Notes under the pieces: model-generated | Told to the model about the DNA's origin: nothing | Database searches by the model: none | The model's input: the letters and a program-made list of their open reading frames with translations, nothing else | Part shown: positions 1 through 8,349 of the stretch, piece after piece | Position numbering within the stretch: position 1 is the stretch's first letter | Layout: each line of letters starts with the position of its first letter | Made by a program: the position numbers and the translations under genes | Origin: Folioceros fuciformis | Taxonomy: Eukaryota | DNA: 34,655 nt | Assembly: GCA_049999805.1 (NCBI GenBank) | Contig: JBNGIO010005131.1 | Span: forward strand, 1-34,655 | Reading direction: 5' to 3'

Positions 1-597
1 ATATATATGTGTACAGTCCATACGTCTTTCAACGACATTTGCTTTTTTGTGCTCTTCGCAGTTCTCCTCTCCTCTCCTCATCTGTCAGCCAGCTTTTTCA
101 TAAAGAGGAAGAAGGTGCGTGAGTACCAAGGCCAGAAAATGCTTGCCACGATGCGATAATGGAAGGAGCTTTTGGGAAGGCGAACAAAATATGAATGTCA
201 GGTTTGCGCACTCCTAGGGCCTCCGGACAGCTTTATTAGGGCTGTGGTAGTGGATCTGGTTCGGTTGCCGTTTCCGTTCCCACTGGGGATGTGGAGGATA
301 TTCCGCAACACCCTCAGCCAGGCTGCCACCCGGCTGGGATCCAGGTGGCGGGGATCCCAGCGCGGCAGCCGCCCTGGCACATGTCCCCCTGTAGCCTTTG
401 CGGGCCTCCACCACCTCCTTGCATGAACAAATCGGAAATGAAATTCTTCCACCACAAAATATCCATGGCCCCGGCTCCTGGTCCGGCAGCCGCACCTGGT
501 AGGTCCGTAGTCGCCGGGCCGGTACCCACCCAGGTCGGCACTGGTACAGCCCCGCCGAACCAGCCAGTCAACCCGCTCACGTTCATGGCGTGGAGGC

Positions 598-660
598 TTG
601 TGTGTTGTCTTGGCTTGTCTTGTCTTGCGTTGTGTTGCGTTGCGTTGCTTTGCTTTGCTT
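598..660. repeat. Degenerate pentanucleotide microsatellite (TTGTC/TTGCG/TTGCT)n
   Basis: Visible run of TTGNN units immediately downstream of the stop codon of the CLE-like ORF. Confidence 0.85.
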
Positions 661-661
661 A

Positions 662-1168
662 TTAGGTACCGCGCCTCGGTTTGGCTTGTCTTTTGCTGTG
701 AGTCGGAACTGGACCGTGTCTGTAGGAACGTTCAATACTTTCTTCGGGAATGAACAGATCATCGAGGCTAGTGATCCGTGTAGCAACCATGCTCCTTCCC
801 AGCTTCACCACACACCCATGACGGGCTCGGTCTCGTAGGCTATGCATAGCCGGATTGAAATTTTGAGCTTGGAGAGGATTTTGTTGCGCACCTGACTGAC
901 ACCGTGGTGACCGCCCACTAAGGACTGCTCCAATAACCAACAGCAACACAGTCACAAAAGAAGGAAGAACGTTGATAGCATGGACCGTTGGAACTGAGGC
1001 CGTTGGGTGGGACCGGGACCGAGACTGGGACTGGGACTGGGACTGGGGTTGGTCACCAGGCTGGAGGGTAGGAAAACTGGGATGTGTTGGGTCGGAACCT
1101 GCGGGGGCAAGGATGCTGCCACCGAGGCCCCTGCATGAAGCAGGCTCGGGCCGAAGCTGGCACGCCAT
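662..1168 (-). CDS. Candidate CLE-like small secreted peptide precursor (168 aa from ATG at 1168)
   Basis: Single-exon ORF with a hydrophobic stretch (INVLPSFVTVLLLVIGAVLSG), a variable middle and a C-terminal 12-mer RSYRHGPVPTHS (695-730). The 12-mer matches CLE positions R1, G6, P7, P9 and H11, follows acidic EESIE and precedes KR plus a short tail. The hydrophobic segment lies about 65 aa from the first ATG, which is atypical. Confidence 0.45.
   Translation of the reverse strand: MACQLRPEPASCRGLGGSILAPAGSDPTHPSFPTLQPGDQPQSQSQSQSRSRSHPTASVPTVHAINVLPSFVTVLLLVIGAVLSGRSPRCQSGAQQNPLQAQNFNPAMHSLRDRARHGCVVKLGRSMVATRITSLDDLFIPEESIERSYRHGPVPTHSKRQAKPRRGT
1009..1047. repeat. Hexanucleotide repeat (GGGACY)n
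   Basis: gggacc gggacc gagact gggact gggact gggact. It encodes QSQSQSQSRSRS in the minus-strand ORF. Confidence 0.9.
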
Positions 1169-2102
1169 TTGGGTCCACCCACGACGCTCCTCGGTACGGA
1201 CCATCTGCTTCAGGGCGGCGGGTCCGGAACGCCGTTCGTCAACAACGGGACAGGACGGGACGGGACGGGTATTCTGGCCACGTCCCGTGGAGCGCCCAGC
1301 CCGAGGCGCAGCCCAAAGCCTCTCCCATGTTCCGTGTGTGTCGCATGTTCGGGGTGTGGCAGCCGGGGCCGCTACGCGGAAGTGAAATAAATCAATATAT
1401 TAATAAGCCCGTTACGCAAGGCTGCTGGAGATAGAAAGAGAGGCGTGACGGAGTCTGGGAGGGCGGGACAAGGCACAGCAGCAGCCCCGCCGTTTGCTGG
1501 ATGCGTGCTCTGTGCAGCAGGTTAGTGGGCAGCGGGAGAGAAGGGACCGGAAAGACTGTAGGCAGCGGAGGATCCGGGGAGTATATGGGAGGACGGTATT
1601 TGTGGAGATGGTAGGCGAGGGGCTGGAGTGGCCTCTCCTCGTGGCCTGACCTGCTGTGTCTAGACAGGTTCATCTCATCCCGCTCATGGCGCAGCTGCCA
1701 TCATCGGCGCACCCGCCTGGCACCCGTCTTGCTCAATCTGGCCGTCGGAATGTGCAGGCGGAAACGGGAAAAAACCTGGAATCATCCCTTGCCTGATTGT
1801 TCGCCCGCTCTAGCATATGTGTCCTCGTCCTTCGAATCTGCTTGCCTGGTTTGGTTTTGCTGCGGTCTTCTTCAGCGCTCCTGCTTCATCCTCCCTCGCG
1901 CTGCACTTTCTGAAGTCGTTCGGGAGCAGCTCGAGGCCTTCTCTACAGGGCAGTGCAGGGCCCGGCGTTTCCGTGTCGCGTCGATGCTGGCTGCCGTGTG
2001 AAATCTTCCTTGTGTGGAGGAATCTGCCTGCTCCTGTCTGAGGCGTCCTCGTGTACCTTGCTTTTTTTTTTCTTGCTTCGCGCGACTTCTACGAGGGATG
2101 CG

Positions 2103-2126
2103 GGAGGAGGAGGAGGAGGAGGAGGA
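2103..2126. repeat. (GGA)8 microsatellite
   Basis: Perfect trinucleotide run upstream of the 2558 gene. Confidence 0.95.
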
Positions 2127-2557
2127 GGTGTAGGGACTGGGCCTCTGGCGCGTGAGGATGGACTTCCTCTGAGCGTTGCTTTTCAACCCCCGGCTGTCGT
2201 GGAGCTTTGGGACTGTCTTGAAGTCGTAACGCTTCCGTGAGCACTTTGCTGTCCGGCCAGCCAGACAAGCGCGCATTGCTGTCCGGTCAGCCACGCAAGT
2301 TTTGACGCGGATCCGTCTGCCTGTGGATCCTGAGATCACCGGCCCGATCCAGCAATTTGACGAGCTCTCTAGGAGCCGAGCTTCAGCTGCAGCTCCGTCC
2401 GAACTTTGTATCCCTCAGCGCCCCACGCTGATGGCAGTGGGGAAGATCTGGGAAGAAACAGAGTTGCGTAGCTCGAGCGGCAGGAGTTGTGTTTAAGTAG
2501 CGACGGCGTGTTACCCTCAGCAGGGCCAGATTTGTCTGTTTCTCAGAAGCTGTGGAG

Positions 2558-3028
2558 ATGATGAGCCCCGGCCCTCCTCCGGTGGAATCGGCTGCCGCTC
2601 CCGACAGCTATCCGAGGGAGTCTCTGAAGAAAAGAAGGGAGGACACCGTCCCGGAATCTGAGCGGAATGAGACCGAGGCGCCTTTTTCTCCTCTTCGCGA
2701 GGACTACAGTGAGCATGAATTTTACAGCAGCCCCCTCTTCAGAGGTTTCAAAGGTCTCGAGGGCTACAACAGGCGCCAACGCTACCTGCGTTCGTACACT
2801 TTCAGCCGGGAAGAGAGCCCTGCGGAGAAAGTGAAGAAATCGTGCAAGAAGCTCAAGGCTGCCGCCTGGGCTCTCATGGCATGCAACTATTCTCCTGCCG
2901 TTGCAAGGAAGTTCAAGCAGCAGGTCAAGGAGCACGCCTCAAGATTTTTCTCGTCCGGTCGATCTACGCAGTTCCACCTGCCTAGGTTGCATGTGCCGGA
3001 GTGCCTGAGAATGCCGCAGATCTCTTAG
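2558..3028 (+). CDS. Uncharacterised plant protein with RQRYLRSYTFSRE motif (156 aa)
   Basis: GC3-rich ORF with first ATG at 2558, preceded by a tttctcag acceptor-like site (possible 5' UTR intron). The segment RRQRYLRSYTFSREESPAEKVKKS resembles the RQxYLRSYxFSR motif recalled from small plant proteins of unknown function. Confidence 0.7.
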   Translation: MMSPGPPPVESAAAPDSYPRESLKKRREDTVPESERNETEAPFSPLREDYSEHEFYSSPLFRGFKGLEGYNRRQRYLRSYTFSREESPAEKVKKSCKKLKAAAWALMACNYSPAVARKFKQQVKEHASRFFSSGRSTQFHLPRLHVPECLRMPQIS

Positions 3029-4664
3029 GGTCGGCCGTGGTAACATCCATGGGCTGACATTTGGGATTCAGGTTTTCTTTTGGGATTTACGCTTTGGCCA
3101 TGGATGCTCTTTCTTGTTGCGTGTGTGACAAGACATCAGGTAGCGAAGAAGGCTGTCATGCCCTTCGGCGTTGAGTGCAAGGACTGGAAAGTGTAGGGGC
3201 TATCTCGTCACGGAGGGTTTAAATTAAATCTTGGACTCCATGATTAGGCCGTTTATCAACAGGACATAGCTGCACTAACTTTTCTTCTAGTCGATCTTCC
3301 AGCGGAAACGATGGCAGGCTGTGTGTGTCTTTGAAGATAAGCAGTTTAGGAGAGGCAATGTGGACTCGCACCTCAGAGACTTGTTGGCATAGAATTGTTG
3401 GGAAATTCTGCATCTGGCTAGGTACACAGTAACAAAGTGTTGGGATCATGTCTCTGTGTCAAGAGCGACAAGTTCCGACGGGATTTTCTGCGTTTGGTCG
3501 GAAGTCAGATAGCAAGCATGGACTTTGCAAAAGTAGTTGTTGTCTCTACTTAGAGTTTCTTTTCTTGTCCTTGTACATCCTGTGAGCTTTCGCCCTAAAA
3601 CCGGGGCAGTTACATCCTTCTCGCGTACATTTCGTGGAAAACAGCCTAGACAACACAACGCGTTTGTGTGCTGTGACCGATTAAACGCGTTGTACATAGA
3701 CGTTTTCATTCCGATATAAACATACCGTGATGATGTTGGGCCTTCAAATTTGCCCGCACTTAGAGGACTTGGCGCACTCGATACAGAGCTAGAAGGCCGG
3801 AAGCTCCAGCAACAAGACGAATGCTTTCCAGGCGGCTGTGCGCAATGCATTGCCCAATCACCACACTGTCCCTAGCCTCTTGATATGACTCTTGCCCTCA
3901 GGGAGCCGCGGAAGTAGTCTTCATCGTTCTGGCGAAGAGGAAGAATCGGGTCTCCTTGAGGGAAATAGGTGAGTGAGGAAGGGGAAGGAGTGCAGGATCG
4001 TAAGAGGGATCAAAAGCAACAACACCTGAGCTAAGGGGTGGAGTGGAGGGGGACACACAGCTCTTGTACCCTGCTGAGCCCTGTCGGAAACCTAGCTAGA
4101 AAATTCACAGCCCCACGCCCTCGCCTCCGGAAGAAATGCCCGCCACTTCCTTTCATTGTTGGAACTGGAAATTGGAAACAATCGCAGCCCCATTTCTTTG
4201 ACCACCTCTGGCGCTCAAGCGAAGCTCCGAGGACCTGTGCCAATTTCCACGCCGGTGTTCCCAATCCCTCATCTCCGTGACCCAGCCAGACTGCGAACGG
4301 GAGAGACGTTGCGCCTTCCCCACGTGCCGCTCGATCCCGAGCTCTTTCACGGTGCAAGGCGACAGAGTACAATACAGCCTCATGTGCCTTGCGAGGCCAT
4401 CTCAGCGTGGAGCTCACGCAAACACTTTCACCTCGAAAGCACAGAGTTTTACCGTGCAACTTGTCGAGGTAGTGACAAATCGGCCAAAAGCAGACAAAAT
4501 ATACATACGTGGGTGGCACGAGAGGGGCTGTATCGGGGGAAAGTGGTGAGCAGCATCCCAGAATGTTCCTGTCAGCTCCAGTAGCGTGAAGGAGGGTGGA
4601 TATAACACTTAGCCCATTGGAAATGAGGTAGCGAAGAAGAGTTTGAGAGTCTCGGTGCACAGCC

Positions 4665-5523
4665 ATGGCGAGCGAAGCTCGGGAGATCCTGGTGGCGATC
4701 GTTCTCTACGACAGGATCACTATCCTGGATGCAGTGGGGCCATACGAAGTGCTGCATCTTCTGCCTAATGTGCGAATCGTGTTTGTGGGCCACCAGCCGG
4801 CTGTCTACTATTCAGAAATGGAATTCCTCGGTCTGCCTGCTACGAAATCGTTCGAAGAGGTACCCGCTCCTGACGTTCTCGTGGTACCTGGAGGCTTCGG
4901 CACGCGAAAGCTGTTGAACGATGCACTGATTCTCGACTGGATCAAGAAGGTGAATGCCGAGTCGTTCCTTGCGTTCTCATAACCCACGCACAGGCATTTG
5001 TGCTTGCTAAACAGGTTGAGCCCCTCGGTGCAGGTTCATGGAAGCACCTTGTACACCACCTCCGTTTGCACTGGATCTCTGCTTCTTGCCGCTGCCGGAC
5101 TGCTGAAAGGATTACAGGCCACAACACACTGGTCGTGCTACGATCTCCTTGCTCAGTACGGAGCCAATCCCTCGAAACAGCGGGTGGTGCGACAGGTCAT
5201 GCCAGCAGCCAGACGGTTTCTCTGTAATTTACTGCGTGTTCTATTGCATCGGACTTGCTGATGGACGACAAAGGCGTGCCGCTCGTGTGCAGGGCAAGAT
5301 CATAACGTCCGGAGGAGTTTCTTCTGGAATAGACATGGCTCTACAACTCGCTGCTCTGCTCACAGATGAACTCACTGCCAAGGCTGTCCAGTTAGCAATC
5401 GAGTATGACCCGCAGCCACCTTACGATAGTGGGTCTGTTGACAAGGCCAGTGAGGCGGTGCTAGCCAAAGCTGGGGAACTAGGCGTCACACTCCGCAGTC
5501 GAGATGCGGCACTACGATCCTAA
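4665..5523 (+). CDS. DJ-1/PfpI family protein, isonitrile hydratase (InhA/ICH)-like. Exons 4665-4949, 5034-5195, 5293-5523; 225 aa
   Basis: Motifs TILDAVGPYEVL, PDVLVVPGG, TSVCTGSLLLAAAGLL, ATTHW, ITSGGVSSGIDMAL and EYDPQPPYDSG. Two phase-0 GT-AG introns give a 678 nt CDS. Confidence 0.9.
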
Positions 5524-5675
5524 TATAATGATCCAGCTTGGAAATATGCCATTCATGTAAAGGCGTATAATAAGGGTGTGTGACTACACCACCGACCCCT
5601 CAACTTCACAAAAAAACCGCTGGTTCCTGCAGGCAGTTGACTACTTGCCCGCGTGATACTACTCATCTTCGAGTC

Positions 5676-6375
<700 letters not shown>

Positions 6376-6453
6376 GGCGCCGGCCGCCGCAGCTCAACAC
6401 CTTCAGAACAAAACCTAAACCAACCGAAAGAAACTTGATGGCCTGTGTGTCGC

Positions 6454-6461
6454 TTTATATA
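6454..6461 (-). promoter_or_regulatory. TATA box of RPL23
   Basis: TATATAAA on the minus strand, about 25-30 nt upstream of a pyrimidine tract (TTTCTTTC) and about 80 nt upstream of the ATG. Confidence 0.55.
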
Positions 6462-6577
6462 CCTAGTGGAAGAGCCGAAATTGTCTGAATCTACATACAG
6501 TATGTATATTCGTTTATTGATAACTTACGTATGATCATACGTACGTATTTACGGGTGTTCGCTCGTTGGAGACGTTT

Positions 6578-6586
6578 TTTCCCGCC
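6578..6586 (+). promoter_or_regulatory. E2F-type binding site upstream of MMS21
   Basis: TTTCCCGCC matches the E2F consensus TTTSSCGS and lies about 45 nt upstream of the ATG of an SMC5/6 DNA-repair gene. Confidence 0.5.
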
Positions 6587-6631
6587 AACACCAGCAGTGA
6601 AGTCTCAGCACACGCTGCGGTTTTGCAAGCC

Positions 6632-8108
6632 ATGGTGATGGACGGAGTTCGTATGGGCATGCGGAGGATGGCCGATAAGGCCAGGACTCTTTCAACTGTA
6701 AGCTCTGTCGCCCTCTTTGTCAGTTCTCTGTTTCTTGGTGGTTTTGGTTGATTCTGGGACCGTTCAAGCTGGTGCTCGGCATCTAATGGCGAGCATTTTT
6801 GCAGGAGATGGATGCCAACACGATGAAGATCCGATTGTTGGCGGAAGACCTGGAAAAGCATCACAGCAGCGATATGGTGCTTAGCCCTACCCTCTCGGAC
6901 GGCTTGTGTTGTTTCCAATTGTCCGATTCTACCTCACCGGTGACCGTTGATTTCTAGGTTAACCAACTTGAAGGTGCTACCCTAGAGATGATAGAATGTG
7001 CTGATTTTCTGAAACATCACTCTGGGGCGCTTCAATTCGTCGCTGAATCCTACCAACCTGGACCTCAGGTAACTAAGTTTTCGCTGGCTCAGGCACTACT
7101 TCTTTTTTGGATTTCTGCGGACGGCTATGATTTTAGTTAGATTTCTTCGGGGTGCTACTTTTGTACTAGATTTCTGCGGGTGCTATGTTTTTAGTTGGAT
7201 TTCTTCGGGGTGCTACTTTTGTACTAGATTTCTGCAGAGTCTTACAAACAAATTTCTGTCCATTGTGAAGTGAAGCTGACAGATTTTGTGAGCTTGCTAG
7301 AAGAGAAACGAAGGGAGCTTGCACAGGCCACACCATGTGATCCAACAAATTCTCGCTTTTACAAACAATTTAAGGAAGCTGTTTGGGTAACTACGTTGGT
7401 TGGAAAATAATTGATCTAGATAGGGCAGCATTGTTGAACGTTGCTGATTGCCGATGCTATTGAGTGTGCAGAACGTTCACCATTCTGGAGAGCCCATGCC
7501 GGGGCAGGAGTTAGAGGACATTGTGATGACGACATCAGAATTTGGAATAAAAAACAAAATTTGCCCCATCAGCGGGAAGCCAGTGACAGAGCTCGTGGAC
7601 CCTGTCAGGAGGTGTGTCCTATTGAACGTCAAGCACTGGTTGTTGGACGAACATGTAGCAAGACGCTGTAAAGGCTTATCAAGGTATTGTGTCCTGTGCC
7701 TGTTGCAGTACGGCCTGCCAACACATTTTTGAGAAGTCAGCCGTCATTGAGCTTATCAGGATGGCTGGAAGACGGATTTGCCAGTGTGCGATTGCAGGTA
7801 AACATGGGGACTTGCGGGCGATTATGTGTACCGGTGGCATGCTTTGTCTTGTCCCCGGCACGTGGTGCTTTGTACACTTTTTCTTTTACTTTCTGAAAGA
7901 GTTACTCATTATGCCTTGGTCGGACATTGTAGGCTGCCCGAAACCTCTTACCTTGGCTGAGCTCATATGCGACGAGTACCTGCTAGTGGAGATTGCAGAG
8001 CTGCGGACCCGCAGTTGTGAAGGAGCCATGTCTGGTGCAGAAGACTTTACGGACCTGGATGCCGTCGTTGATTTAGACGTAGTGGAAGACACCCAGGAGG
8101 ACGAATGA
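6632..8108 (+). CDS. MMS21: E3 SUMO ligase MMS21/NSE2/HPY2 (SP-RING). Exons 6632-6697, 6805-6876, 6958-7068, 7276-7386, 7472-7611, 7709-7797, 7933-8108; 254 aa
   Basis: YQPGPQLTDF...QFKEAVWNVHHSGEPMPGQELEDIVMT...CPISGKPVTELVDPVRSTACQHIFEK...CAIAGCPK plus an acidic tail match plant MMS21. The CDS is 765 nt. The N-terminal exons are less certain. Confidence 0.92.
7111..7237. repeat. Intronic minisatellite of alternating 29-30 bp A/B units in MMS21 intron 3
   Basis: atttcttcggggtgctacttttgtactag occurs identically at 7141 and 7199. It alternates with atttctgcgg...gctatg.ttttagtt.g units at 7111 and 7170, and a partial unit starts at 7228. Confidence 0.9.
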
Positions 8109-8349
8109 TTGACAGTTTGTGCTGGCCCACCTGGCGACTCCAAGCCGAGAACAGATGGACAGCTGACACCTCTAGTGAGCCCCGCGGCCAAGAGATCCTA
8201 TCAATTTGGCAGACGATATCCGTTGCTGGAGTTATCTCGTGATTTGTCAGATCAAATTGAGGCTCCTCATAGTGCTTTCTTGAGATAGCCTTAGGAAGTT
8301 TCCATTATTTGTTGTCATTGGATTCCCCTTCAAACTAAAATTCCCAAGT

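Noticed and set aside
291-665. Pro-rich 124-aa plus-strand ORF with a hydrophobic C-terminus
   Set aside because: The hydrophobic tail is just the translated pentamer microsatellite, and no family motif is recognisable.
4031-4666. 211-aa minus-strand ORF and overlapping ORFs upstream of the DJ-1-like gene
   Set aside because: No recognisable domain or exon pattern. Likely chance ORFs in GC-rich promoter DNA.
7111-7237. CRISPR-like repeat/spacer appearance
   Set aside because: The apparent spacers are similar to each other and to the repeat, the context is a eukaryotic intron and there are no cas genes. It is a minisatellite.
8110-8349. Frameshifted DYW domain after the PPR stop
   Set aside because: No HxE, CxxC or DYW-like motif is visible, and the space before MMS21 is too short.
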